Shown here: piece after piece, positions 18,506-27,567 of the stretch
Position numbering within the stretch: position 1 is the stretch's first letter
Layout of the letters: every line of letters begins with the position of its first letter
DNA from: a virus
Lineage: Duplodnaviria; Caudoviricetes
DNA: 56,533 nucleotides
Direction: 5' to 3' (one strand)
Virus record (IMG/VR): IMGVR_UViG_3300028792_000027
Span: 1-56,533 of that record
Notes under the pieces: generated by a model
Database searches by the model: none
Seen by the model: the letters and a program-made list of their open reading frames with translations, nothing else
Told to the model about the DNA's origin: nothing
Position numbers and translations under genes: made by a program

Positions 18506-20047
18506 GTGAATCGGCGTGAACGCAGAATCCTCCGCGAGAAGGAACTCACCGCCGCCGAGAAACCCGCCGCCCTCGTCGCCGCCGCCGTCAACGTCAAAGC
18601 GTCCGGCGGATTCACCGGCATCCGCCTAGGCGCCACCGAATGGCAGCAGGAAGCTTGGAATTTCTACGACACCTGCCCGGAATTTCATGCCGCCGTGAAC
18701 ATCATCGCCTACAACCTTTCCCGCGCCAGGCTGATCGGCGTCGACGTCGACCCGGCCACGGGCGAACCGCAAACGCAGCCCACCGAAGACCCCGAAGTCG
18801 TCCAAATCATGGCCCAATTCCTCGGCGGACCCACCGGCCAGTCGCAAGCGTTGGACAGGCTCGGCCGGCACCTCACCGTCGCAGGCGATTCGTGGGCGCT
18901 GGCGACGCCCACACCGGACGTGGACGGGGCGGTGTGGGAAATCCTCGCATCCACCGACGTGACAGGCGCGGCCGGGCGGATCATGGTGCGGCAGTTGAAC
19001 GGGCAGCCGCGTGAGGTTGACACCGACACTGAGCTGCTGATGCGCATCTGGCGGCCGCACCCGAAAATCCGGTGGGAACCGGATTCGATGACCCGCTCAC
19101 TCCTGCCGGTACTCAGGGAACTGGCGGCTCTTACGGCGATGGTCACCGCCACCGTCAAGTCTAGGCTCGCGTCGGCGGGTATCTTGTGGATCCCCGACGA
19201 CATCACCCTCCCGAAACCCGTCACCTCCACGGGCGAGGACTCCCAGGCCAAGTCCGAGTCGGCCGGGGCGGACGGGTGGCTGGACCTGATCACGGAGGCG
19301 ATGACAGCCCCCATCCGCGACCCCGACTCCGCATCCGCCGTCGTCCCGTTGATTGCTGTCGTGAAGAAAGACTCCATCAAAGAGATCACGCACATGGAGT
19401 TCGGGCGTGACCTGGACGCGACGATCGAGCCGTTGCGGGTCGCGTGCGTCCGCAGGCTCGCGGTGGGGGTGGACATGCCCCCCGAATACCTCACCGGAAC
19501 GGGGCAAATCAACCATTGGGGGCAGTGGTTCATAGGTGAGGAATTCGCGAAAACGTTCCTATCAAACCTCCTCGAACTGATCGTCGATTCCGCGACGCAG
19601 TACTATTTGCGGCCGGCGTTGAGGGCGTACGGCAAAGACCCGTCGAATTACGCGGTGTGGTTCGACCTCGCCGCCCTGTTCCCCCGCCAGATCAGTGTGG
19701 ATAACGCGACGGAGGCGCATAAGGCGGGGCTCCTGTCTGACCGGAAGTTCATGGAGGTGTTGGGGTTCAGTGAGGCGGATATGGCGGATGACCGGGAACG
19801 TGCTCGGCATTTGGTGGAGGAGTTGTTGATGCGGGGTAATCCGCAGACGTTGGCGGAGGTGGCGGATTCGGTTGGTTTGTTGTTCCCCGGCCTGGTGGTG
19901 CATCCGATCGCGCCGACGAACGGGGCTAACGGCAGCGGTGCCCGTCCGGCGTTGAAGCCTCCGCCTACGGAGCCTGTCCCGGCTGCGGAACGCCGCGCCC
20001 CGCCCGTGACGCCGGGTAGGGAACCTGTACGGCAGGCCGCGCCGTGA
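18506..20047 (+). CDS. Portal protein (cluster B-like)
   Basis: WQQEAWNFYD..PEF, RIWRPHP, SRLASAGIL, SAVVP, RLAVGVDMPPE, NHWGQW. Confidence 0.85.
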   Translation: MNRRERRILREKELTAAEKPAALVAAAVNVKASGGFTGIRLGATEWQQEAWNFYDTCPEFHAAVNIIAYNLSRARLIGVDVDPATGEPQTQPTEDPEVVQIMAQFLGGPTGQSQALDRLGRHLTVAGDSWALATPTPDVDGAVWEILASTDVTGAAGRIMVRQLNGQPREVDTDTELLMRIWRPHPKIRWEPDSMTRSLLPVLRELAALTAMVTATVKSRLASAGILWIPDDITLPKPVTSTGEDSQAKSESAGADGWLDLITEAMTAPIRDPDSASAVVPLIAVVKKDSIKEITHMEFGRDLDATIEPLRVACVRRLAVGVDMPPEYLTGTGQINHWGQWFIGEEFAKTFLSNLLELIVDSATQYYLRPALRAYGKDPSNYAVWFDLAALFPRQISVDNATEAHKAGLLSDRKFMEVLGFSEADMADDRERARHLVEELLMRGNPQTLAEVADSVGLLFPGLVVHPIAPTNGANGSGARPALKPPPTEPVPAAERRAPPVTPGREPVRQAAP

Positions 20048-20391
20048 CAGACCCGATCCTCGCCCTGTCCGACCTGCTCGTCCTGACGGCGTTGGAGCGG
20101 GCGTGGGCCCGTGCGGTGAAGCGCGGCCGGTACCACGTCCCGGCAGCGACGAGGCACAACCAGTATTTGCGGACCGTGATCGACGAGACGCTGATCGATT
20201 CGGCGTTGCGGGATGCGTGGGCGCTCGTCCCGCTGCTCGCTGTTAGGCACGGGTTGGGGGTGGACCCGTACGCGTGGACGCAGACCCTGGATAGTTATAC
20301 GCGGGCGTTGGTGATGGCGCAGGAACCCCACTCGCCAGCTAGGCTCGCGCCGCTGCTAGCGCCGCTGACGGTGGAGGCGGTCTACGGGTGA
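20044..20391 (+). CDS. Hypothetical protein
   Basis: GTGA overlap with the portal gene. Confidence 0.6.
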   Translation: MTDPILALSDLLVLTALERAWARAVKRGRYHVPAATRHNQYLRTVIDETLIDSALRDAWALVPLLAVRHGLGVDPYAWTQTLDSYTRALVMAQEPHSPARLAPLLAPLTVEAVYG

Positions 20392-20588
20392 ACAGCCTCC
20401 TTGCACGCCCTGATCGCGGCGAAGGTAGCAGTGTCACCGGCTTCGTGCATCTCACCGCACGCGCACCACGTCCGGTCCTCTAACGGGTTGAATGTCACGC
20501 CGGGGTGGTTGTTGGTCACGCACCACTGCCGGTGTTGTGAGGTCGCCGCGACCGTACGGAAGTCGAAGGTGTCCCAGTCAGTAGCCAT
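20382..20588 (-). CDS. Hypothetical Cys/His protein
   Basis: Leaderless start 6 nt after TAGTAT. Confidence 0.6.
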   Translation of the reverse strand: MATDWDTFDFRTVAATSQHRQWCVTNNHPGVTFNPLEDRTWCACGEMHEAGDTATFAAIRACKEAVHP

Positions 20589-20594
20589 ATCCGA

Positions 20595-20624
20595 ATACTA
20601 TCACCGCTACTAGCAGATAGCAAG
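20595..20624 (-). promoter_or_regulatory. SigA-type promoter, copy 1 of a 30-bp repeat
   Basis: TTGCTA-N17-TAGTAT; identical to 23954-23983. Confidence 0.8.
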
Positions 20625-20632
20625 GGTACTAG

Positions 20633-21445
20633 CTACGGCATTGTGGCGTCGGTGAGCGGCCCGCATTGCCTGCCGGCGTTCACGCACACCCGCGTCAGGT
20701 GGTCCATCACCGGCTGGTTCCACGCGTTCCAGAAATCGGCGTGCGCCGTCAAGAACGACCCTGATGACAACGTGATAGCCGTCCCGTCGAGAATGGGGTA
20801 GCCGAAATCCTCCGACACCCGAGGCACCGGCACCGGATGCGACGACGGGCAACGCCCGTTACTTGAGTACGCCATGTGCGACTTGTGATCGGGCGAATCC
20901 AAACGCGCACCGTCCCAGCAGTTCGGGAAGAACACGTGTAGCACGATCTTCTGCCCCGCCTTGCAGGAGATCGGATGGTCGTACTGTGTTTGGCCTTGGA
21001 CGCCGCAGTTCCATCCGACCACGTGTGTCGACTGCGCAGTCGTGGCGTGCGCGTCACCCGCGACCATCTTCAACCCCGCCGGTATCGGCCGGATCGACCG
21101 CACGTTCGGGACGTTCCCGGCCCGGTAATACGAATGCAGCCGGTCCGGCCGGACCGCTATCCCGTGGGAGTACAGCACCGGCGTCCAATACCCTGCGGTG
21201 TCCGCCGACAGCCGGCAGTTCGTCCCACCCGCACGCAAAGACTTCAACGTCGAATCAGCGTTGGTCGTGAGGTTCCCCTCGAAATCATGCAGGTGGGCGC
21301 TGACCCTGCCGGGGGAGACGATCGGATCCGCCAGGGCCGTGTGACTGTAGAAGCAGAACACTTCCCACCCCGGAATCACCCCATCCGCCCGCGCGGGTGT
21401 GACCATCGTGGCGAGCAGCATGAACGCAACCGTCAAGCACCGCAT
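20633..21445 (-). CDS. Secreted DUF1996-family protein
   Basis: Signal peptide ending ARA; DPIVSPG..HLHDFEGN, YWTP, GLKMVAGD, FPNCWDG..DHKSH, CPSSHPV, HADFWNAW. Confidence 0.85.
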   Translation of the reverse strand: MRCLTVAFMLLATMVTPARADGVIPGWEVFCFYSHTALADPIVSPGRVSAHLHDFEGNLTTNADSTLKSLRAGGTNCRLSADTAGYWTPVLYSHGIAVRPDRLHSYYRAGNVPNVRSIRPIPAGLKMVAGDAHATTAQSTHVVGWNCGVQGQTQYDHPISCKAGQKIVLHVFFPNCWDGARLDSPDHKSHMAYSSNGRCPSSHPVPVPRVSEDFGYPILDGTAITLSSGSFLTAHADFWNAWNQPVMDHLTRVCVNAGRQCGPLTDATMP

Positions 21446-21450
21446 AACCC

Positions 21451-21471
21451 ACTGTCACGCCCAACGTCCGG
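21451..21471 (-). promoter_or_regulatory. CCGGACG-box promoter (leaderless)
   Basis: CCGGACG-N8-GACAGT-N5-ATG(21445). Confidence 0.8.
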
Positions 21472-21509
21472 GCTACAGCGGCTGCTAACGCCGAGCGAAT
21501 CTGTCCGCC

Positions 21510-21761
21510 CTAACTAGCGCAGCAGTCGCACGGGTTCACGGCCCCGGTGGTCGGGCATTTCACGGTCACCCGGCATTCGCCGTGCCTGCTGTGGGCGCAG
21601 CCGGTACACACGCGGCTCGCCCGCAACCGGCACGTGGTTGCCGGGACGAACACTTTGACGAGCGCCGCGACGGTGCCCGGCCCGTCATTGGTGAGGAGTT
21701 CCGCGAGCAGCGCCCCAGCCGCGTCCTCGTCGTACACCGCCGCCTTCTCTTCGCTGGTCAT
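21510..21761 (-). CDS. Cys-rich hypothetical protein
   Basis: Translationally coupled ORF with multiple Cys/His. Confidence 0.55.
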   Translation of the reverse strand: MTSEEKAAVYDEDAAGALLAELLTNDGPGTVAALVKVFVPATTCRLRASRVCTGCAHSRHGECRVTVKCPTTGAVNPCDCCAS

Positions 21762-21934
21762 CAGATCCTTTCGACGGTGGTGACGGTCTTCTTAGCCATC
21801 GGCTGGGTGAGCGCCCACGTGACGGCCGCTATCAACCAATCATTCCGGGACCGGCCGGTCAGCTTCACCCGCGCGTCCATCTCCGTCAGCAGGTCCACAG
21901 GTACCCGGAATAGGACGTCCCTAGTGTCAGCCAT
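21761..21934 (-). CDS. Small RHH DNA-binding protein, absent from ORF track
   Basis: Manual translation MADTRDVLFRVPVDLLTEMDARVKLTGRSRNDWLIAAVTWAL.. (57 aa); TGATG overlaps at both ends. Confidence 0.75.
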   Translation of the reverse strand: MADTRDVLFRVPVDLLTEMDARVKLTGRSRNDWLIAAVTWALTQPMAKKTVTTVERI

Positions 21935-22365
21935 CACTCGCCTCCTTGAGTTTCAGCGGCTTGCGCGGCGGCACGGTTCGCCCGCGCGTCATCCTTAACG
22001 GCACGGACCAACGCCAACAGTTCCGCCCTGTCCGCGAGCGCCAGCCTCTCAGCGGCAGCCAACGCGTCCCGCATCAGCCGGGCCGTGTACCACGTCGGGA
22101 CCCCGTTCACGCCGGGGTCGTCGCCGAGCAGCCTCGCGATGTCGGCCAGCGCGGGAACAACGTTCGAGGTTAAAGCGCGGGCCGCCGCCTGCAACCCTTC
22201 TTCCCGCGCGGTCTGGAAACAGCGCCGTTCGTCCCTGGACACGTTGGTGAGGAACCGCATGTAACGGTCGTTTATGGCCGTGTTCTCTGCGGATAGGTAC
22301 GCTACTTGTTCTTCGAGTTCGGCTATACGTGCTGGCATGTCGTCGCCGGACGGTGCGTCAGCCAT
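21934..22365 (-). CDS. Coiled-coil hypothetical protein
   Basis: Operon-coupled ORF; RIAELEEQVAYL. Confidence 0.6.
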   Translation of the reverse strand: MADAPSGDDMPARIAELEEQVAYLSAENTAINDRYMRFLTNVSRDERRCFQTAREEGLQAAARALTSNVVPALADIARLLGDDPGVNGVPTWYTARLMRDALAAAERLALADRAELLALVRAVKDDARANRAAAQAAETQGGE

Positions 22366-22627
22366 TGCGTGCCCCTTCCAACGCGTGGCCGATAGCGAGA
22401 GCGAGATTCTGACAGTCCTCACACAACCGAAGCGGCTGGATGCTAGCGAAAAAACTGTCTTGCAACTCGACGAACGGAACCCACCGGGTCACGCCATCCT
22501 CGAACGACTCATCAGCCCAACCCACCTTGTGTGGTACGAGGTACGCGGATCCGTCGCAGGGAAAAGTTTCTATGCCGTCGTCGGGTTCGTCGTGGACGGT
22601 CGCAGTGAACGGGGTGTTCGTGGTCAT
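22358..22627 (-). CDS. Hypothetical protein
   Basis: Operon-coupled ORF. Confidence 0.55.
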   Translation of the reverse strand: MTTNTPFTATVHDEPDDGIETFPCDGSAYLVPHKVGWADESFEDGVTRWVPFVELQDSFFASIQPLRLCEDCQNLALAIGHALEGARNG

Positions 22628-22947
22628 ACCGTGAACCTCCCAGTCTCAGCTAGCGTGCGCTCTTCGTCGTTGTCGGCCATCGCGGCCTCTTCGACGCGGC
22701 ACGTCTCGGCCATCGCCTCGTAGTCGTCGTTAGTGGCGTCGGCCGGGTCGCCGAGCCAAAACGCCAGATCGGGTTGCGTGATCAGGACCCGGTGAGGCCT
22801 GCCCCTGCCCGTCCACGACGCGGTAGTCAGATACGGGCTCGGGATCACCTCCAGTTCGCCGTTATCCAGAAACCGGATCAGGATCGGCTCCGCAGCCTCG
22901 GAGTTGTGCAACTCACGGATAAGTGCGGCGGTCACCTCGGCGGTCAT
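22624..22947 (-). CDS. Hypothetical protein
   Basis: ATGA overlap; start MTAEV. Confidence 0.55.
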   Translation of the reverse strand: MTAEVTAALIRELHNSEAAEPILIRFLDNGELEVIPSPYLTTASWTGRGRPHRVLITQPDLAFWLGDPADATNDDYEAMAETCRVEEAAMADNDEERTLAETGRFTV

Positions 22948-23393
22948 ACGGATGCCACCATGAGCGCGGCGGCGACCCGTTCGGCGAACGCGACCGCCCC
23001 ACCCCACGTGTGGCCGGCGTCCTGCTGCCGCTGCGCGGCTAGCAACACCCTCACCGCAGGCTCAGTGAGCGTCACACCAGAGAGCGCAGACTCGTCGTTG
23101 TAGACGAGGTCCAGCGCGACATAGTCGGCGACTCCATTATCGAAACCGGCGACAGGCCGGACGGTAAGCCCGGCGACCTCCTCTATCCTGCCGGTCAAAC
23201 CCGCGAGCGTGTCGACGGGTACCCCGGCGCGGTGCAACGCCACCCCGACCAGGCACGCCGGCGTCGGCGCGTCACCGCCTGCCGCGTAGACGCATGCGCC
23301 GGGGAAGTGGTCGGAGTAGAGGTAGTCCGCGCCGCGTTCGTCCCTCGCTTGCCGTAGCAGGTCGAGCGCTTCGGGTAGGTCAATCAGGGTCAT
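22944..23393 (-). CDS. Hypothetical protein
   Basis: ERGADYLY..CVY..PACLVGVALH..AQRQQDAGHTWG resembles a conserved actinophage protein. Confidence 0.65.
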   Translation of the reverse strand: MTLIDLPEALDLLRQARDERGADYLYSDHFPGACVYAAGGDAPTPACLVGVALHRAGVPVDTLAGLTGRIEEVAGLTVRPVAGFDNGVADYVALDLVYNDESALSGVTLTEPAVRVLLAAQRQQDAGHTWGGAVAFAERVAAALMVASV

Positions 23394-23632
23394 GCGGTTA
23401 CTCCCAGCCTGTCGTTGAGTAGCCCCGCGCGGAATGCCGCGCCGGGTTTGGCTTGCACCCTGGCCGTGCCGACGACAGCGAACGGGTACCGCCCGGCGAT
23501 TACGCGCCGCGCGGGGTCCTCGAATGTGACCGCTTCGGTGTGGGTGGTGAACGGCCCGGCGAGCAGTTCTGTCCGGGCACCGTCGCGTGCTGTCACGTAA
23601 TGCCTATGGGCGGTCGTCTCCGCGTAGGTCAC
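23390..23632 (-). CDS. Hypothetical protein
   Basis: GAGG RBS; YVTARDG..LLAGPF. Confidence 0.6.
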   Translation of the reverse strand: MTYAETTAHRHYVTARDGARTELLAGPFTTHTEAVTFEDPARRVIAGRYPFAVVGTARVQAKPGAAFRAGLLNDRLGVTA

Positions 23633-23641
23633 GGCGTTACC

Positions 23642-23947
23642 TCAGTCGATGTTCGCGTTGATGAGCGCCATCGAGGCAGCCTCGGCATAGGTCAGCGGGC
23701 GGGGGTTCGCGGCGAGACGGTTACGGTCCTCCACCAAGTCCCGGTGCAAGTCGTGGAGGGCGTTCCAAGCGTCGCCGGGGTTCCAGTTCACGCCGAACCC
23801 CACTTGGCCTTCGCCGAAGGTGGCTTCGAACGCGGTGAGGGCGGCGGCGACGGTTTGGATGCGCCGGTCCGCGTCGGCGAGTGCATTCGCGAGTTGGGTG
23901 GTGGTGAGTCGACGGCCCCTGCTAGTCACGGCCTCTGTCTTTGTCAT
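23642..23947 (-). CDS. Hypothetical protein, first gene of leftward operon
   Basis: Leaderless ATG 6 nt after TAGTAT. Confidence 0.6.
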   Translation of the reverse strand: MTKTEAVTSRGRRLTTTQLANALADADRRIQTVAAALTAFEATFGEGQVGFGVNWNPGDAWNALHDLHRDLVEDRNRLAANPRPLTYAEAASMALINANID

Positions 23948-23953
23948 ACCCAC

Positions 23954-23983
23954 ATACTATCACCGCTACTAGCAGATAGCAAG
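23954..23983 (-). promoter_or_regulatory. SigA-type promoter, copy 2 of the 30-bp repeat
   Basis: TTGCTA-N17-TAGTAT. Confidence 0.8.
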
Positions 23984-24002
23984 TGGGCTAGCGCGCTATT
24001 CC

Positions 24003-24023
24003 CCGGACGGCGCTGCGGACACT
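24003..24023 (+). promoter_or_regulatory. CCGGACG-box promoter (leaderless)
   Basis: CCGGACG-N8-GACACT-N6-GTG(24030). Confidence 0.85.
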
Positions 24024-24029
24024 CGGGTC

Positions 24030-26945
24030 GTGGCGCTAACGAAAGCGGAGCTCGACAAGCTCCAAACCGAAGCGCGCGCACGCTACAACAGACACGAACA
24101 GCAACTCCTACCCCACGTCATAGCGGCGCTCAACGCCTACCTCGCCGTATGCCGCGCCAGGCTGCAACAATCCGCGTGGGGCCTCGCGCCCCTCGTAGCA
24201 GCCGGCCCAATCGCCTCACCCGTTGGCGAGCCGCACGGCTTCACCATCCACGACGCCGAAACGTTGACAGCGACACTCGACCAAGCCAAAGCCGAATGGC
24301 CGGGCATTCTCGACACGAAGCTGATGCCCGGCTACGGCATGCTCCTAGGGCAGATCCCCGAAGGGATAGACCTCACCCACCCTTCAGTCGCGTCGTCGGT
24401 GCAAGCGTGGCGCAGCGAGTGGCTACAGGAACGCACCCAAGTGTTGGTCGGCGTCCCCGACGACGTCACCGGGCAACTCAGGACTGAGATGGACCGGCTC
24501 GCCACCGAACACGGAACGTCAGTGTTCGACGCCCGCGTCGCGGCGCAGGAAATGCTCGACCAGGGATACCCGTCGTGGAAGAACCGCGCGGAACTGATCG
24601 CCAGGACCGAGACCGTGGCCGCTAACAATCAGGGTTCGTTGCGGGCGTGGACGGCGATGGCCGAAGCCGGGGGTGTAGCCGACTCGGCGATGAAGACGTG
24701 GGTGGGGGGGACGAGACCCACCCATTCCGCTGTGTCCGGTGCGACGGTTGGTTTGCGGGAGAAGTTCGTCGTGGGTGGGCAGGAGATGAACGGGCCCGGT
24801 GATCCTGCTGGTGGCGCGGCCGAATGCGCGAATTGCAGATGTGCACTTTCATATGAATTGCCCGATTCTGCCGCTGTACCGCTATCCGGGGGTGACGGGG
24901 GCGTCCTAACCGAATCGGCCGGCCTCGCCGAAGGCGCAGGACTCGACGAAGCGGCGGCAGGAGAGGCCAGCGCGGAAGAGGCACCACCCGAAGACGCCGG
25001 ACCCGGCATCGCCGACCTCATCCCAGCCCTCGCCGCCATCAACCTCACCCCAACCCACCCCACCAGCGGCCGGACCATCCCGGACGTGACCCCCGATGAT
25101 GACGGCATGACCGCGACGGGCCTGACAGCAGCGGCGTGCCCCACATGCGGACACGAAACGTTCGCGACGGGAGACACCATGACCACCCCAGCCCCGCCCG
25201 TCCCGGCACCCGCGCAACCAGCCGACCCCCAGCCGCCCGCCGAATCGTCCGGCCTCACCTGGTCAGGGCCACTCGCGCTACTCGACACACCCAGCACCGA
25301 CGGGTACGAACTGAACTCCGCAGGCGGCAGCATCCGGCCCCTCCCATTGCCGCTGAACTGGCAGGAGAAGCAGGCACCAAACCACGACGGGTCCACCGTC
25401 GTCGGCCGCATCCTCGACGCCGAAATACGCGGCAACCTCGTCTGGGGCCACGGCGACTGGCTCGACCCCGAATGCAACGACGCCGTAGCGAAAGCCATTG
25501 CCCAAGTAGACGCCGGCCTCGGCCTCGTGTCACTCGATGCAGCCAGGCGCACCGTCTCATTCAAAGACGAAACAGGCGCGGCCGTCGACCCCGGCACCTA
25601 CCCCGGCGACCCCGGCGGCCTGACCATAGTCATGGACGAGTGGGAGCTCGGCGGGGTCACCATCGTCAATTTCCCGAAATTCGCGGACGCCCGCATAGCG
25701 AACGACCAGCCACCCGAAGAACCCGATATGGAACCCGATGATGGGGGTTTGATTGTCATGCCAGGTGTTGAGACGTTCGCGGATACGGAGATGGCGGGGG
25801 CGAACCCGGAAGGGCCGACGTTGACACCAGACGGTCAGGGCGTCGTCCTCATGGACGGCACCACCGTCGCTGTTGGTGATGTGGTGGGTATCGGTGACCC
25901 GGACGGTGACGGCGACGTCGACACCGGCACCATCACCGGCATCAACGGCGACGCCCAGACGGTGGACGTGACGATGACCCCGGACCCGGACGACGCCGAC
26001 ACGGCGGTTCCGCTCACCGTCCCCATCGCCGACCTCGTGCCGGGCGCGGCGGATCAGAACCCGCCCGGCCCGCCGAAACCACCCCCGGCCGCGCTCGTCG
26101 CGTCCATCGGCGACGCGCCCGAGGACCCCGACATGGCGCTACTCGCATCCTCCGCCAGCGAGCCGTACAACTCCGCTTTCTTCGCCCGCCGGGAACTGCT
26201 CGGCCCCACCCCCTTGACGGTCAACCGGGACACGGGGGAGGTGTACGGCCACTTCGGGCAGTGGGGCGAATGCCACATCGGGAAAATGGCTGAGACGGGA
26301 ATGTGCACCACCGTCCCCCAAACCAAGCACGGCTACGACTATTTCCACGTCGGCGAAGTCATCACCGACCAGGGGCCGCTGCCGATCGGGAAAATCACCA
26401 TCGGGCAAGGCCACTACACAGGGAAGGGGTGGCGCGGCGCGGTCGAACATTACGACCGCACCGGGTCCATCGTCGCCGTGGTCAGGGCCTATGAGGACGA
26501 CTGGGGTGGGCAGTTCGCCGGGCAGCTACGGCGGGGTGTCCAGCCGGAGCAGGTCGATGAGTTGATGGCCGCCGGGCAAGTGTCGGGTGATTGGCGGATG
26601 CTGAACGGAAACCTTGAGCTGGTCCATATCTTGGGCGTGAACGTCGGCGGGTTCCCGAAGAAGAGGCTGTCGCCGGTGGTGGGGATGGTCGCCGGCCGGC
26701 AAGTGTCCCTCGTCGCGGCGGGGGTCGTGTACCCGGAAGAACACCCGAAGGTGAGGCTACCCAGCGGCGCGGAGTTGGACCGGGACGAGTGGGACACGTT
26801 GGTAGCCGCAGCGGTGGAGGCGCAGGACCGGAACACGCAACGACTCCGCCGGTTCGCGAAGGCGACGGCGACGCTCGCGGAACAGGACAAGATGGCACTC
26901 AGGCGGGCCAGGGCACGCGCCCAGCTAGCGTTGGTCTCCCGATGA
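24030..26945 (+). CDS. MuF-like minor head protein / capsid maturation protease fusion
   Basis: RAELIARTET..KTW..TRPTH..PGDP..ANCRC (MuF); PLPLPLNWQ..HDGSTVVGRI, VYGHFGQWGECH, VSGDWR. Confidence 0.85.
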   Translation: MALTKAELDKLQTEARARYNRHEQQLLPHVIAALNAYLAVCRARLQQSAWGLAPLVAAGPIASPVGEPHGFTIHDAETLTATLDQAKAEWPGILDTKLMPGYGMLLGQIPEGIDLTHPSVASSVQAWRSEWLQERTQVLVGVPDDVTGQLRTEMDRLATEHGTSVFDARVAAQEMLDQGYPSWKNRAELIARTETVAANNQGSLRAWTAMAEAGGVADSAMKTWVGGTRPTHSAVSGATVGLREKFVVGGQEMNGPGDPAGGAAECANCRCALSYELPDSAAVPLSGGDGGVLTESAGLAEGAGLDEAAAGEASAEEAPPEDAGPGIADLIPALAAINLTPTHPTSGRTIPDVTPDDDGMTATGLTAAACPTCGHETFATGDTMTTPAPPVPAPAQPADPQPPAESSGLTWSGPLALLDTPSTDGYELNSAGGSIRPLPLPLNWQEKQAPNHDGSTVVGRILDAEIRGNLVWGHGDWLDPECNDAVAKAIAQVDAGLGLVSLDAARRTVSFKDETGAAVDPGTYPGDPGGLTIVMDEWELGGVTIVNFPKFADARIANDQPPEEPDMEPDDGGLIVMPGVETFADTEMAGANPEGPTLTPDGQGVVLMDGTTVAVGDVVGIGDPDGDGDVDTGTITGINGDAQTVDVTMTPDPDDADTAVPLTVPIADLVPGAADQNPPGPPKPPPAALVASIGDAPEDPDMALLASSASEPYNSAFFARRELLGPTPLTVNRDTGEVYGHFGQWGECHIGKMAETGMCTTVPQTKHGYDYFHVGEVITDQGPLPIGKITIGQGHYTGKGWRGAVEHYDRTGSIVAVVRAYEDDWGGQFAGQLRRGVQPEQVDELMAAGQVSGDWRMLNGNLELVHILGVNVGGFPKKRLSPVVGMVAGRQVSLVAAGVVYPEEHPKVRLPSGAELDRDEWDTLVAAAVEAQDRNTQRLRRFAKATATLAEQDKMALRRARARAQLALVSR

Positions 26946-27118
26946 CGCTCGGGTCGTGGCTGCTCGTCGCAGCAGGCATCATCGCGCTTATAGCGGGGTG
27001 GGTCGCCGCGTCACCCCGACCCAGACCCAACCCCACCGTCCTCCTCGCCGCCGCTGTAGTCCTCGTCGTGATCGGTGTGCTGATCGTCGCCGGACCGGCA
27101 ACCGTGCGATGGAGATGA
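26942..27118 (+). CDS. Small membrane protein
   Basis: ATGA overlap; two hydrophobic helices. Confidence 0.55.
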   Translation: MTLGSWLLVAAGIIALIAGWVAASPRPRPNPTVLLAAAVVLVVIGVLIVAGPATVRWR

Positions 27119-27200
27119 CCCGGCCGGGGTGGCGAGCCATCGTCCTCCACCTACTGATGGTCATCTTGGCCGTGGTCGAACTCAGGCGGTGGCGGTAGTC

Positions 27201-27356
27201 ATGCCGTGCTGTGGGCAGCCGGCGCAGGGCTACGAGGTTCGGTGGCAGCTCAGGGTGAAGGGGGAGGTGCGGGAGTACGCGGATCAGGCGGCGGCGAAAA
27301 CGGATCAGGCGATGCTGGGTGGGGTGATTCTGCGGGTCCTGAAACGGGTTAGCTGA
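27201..27356 (+). CDS. Small hypothetical protein
   Basis: MPCCGQ.. start; resembles small proteins following the protease in similar phages. Confidence 0.5.
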   Translation: MPCCGQPAQGYEVRWQLRVKGEVREYADQAAAKTDQAMLGGVILRVLKRVS

Positions 27357-27567
27357 CGCCGATGGAGCGGAGCCACGCCGCGTCCGCCAAATCCGCTGCG
27401 GTGAACGCCCGCCAACCCCCTTCTACGGGGATCCACGCGACAACTTCGGACTTGGCTGCCTTCTTGATGAGCGCGGCGGCTTGGGAGCGGACCGCGAAGT
27501 AATCCTCCGGGTCGGCGCGGAGCAGCCAGTAGGCGCCGGTGTATTCCACGCTGAACGTCGGGGTCAC
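27349..27567 (-). CDS. Hypothetical protein
   Basis: GTGA overlap with the nucleotidyltransferase gene. Confidence 0.45.
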   Translation of the reverse strand: MTPTFSVEYTGAYWLLRADPEDYFAVRSQAAALIKKAAKSEVVAWIPVEGGWRAFTAADLADAAWLRSIGVS

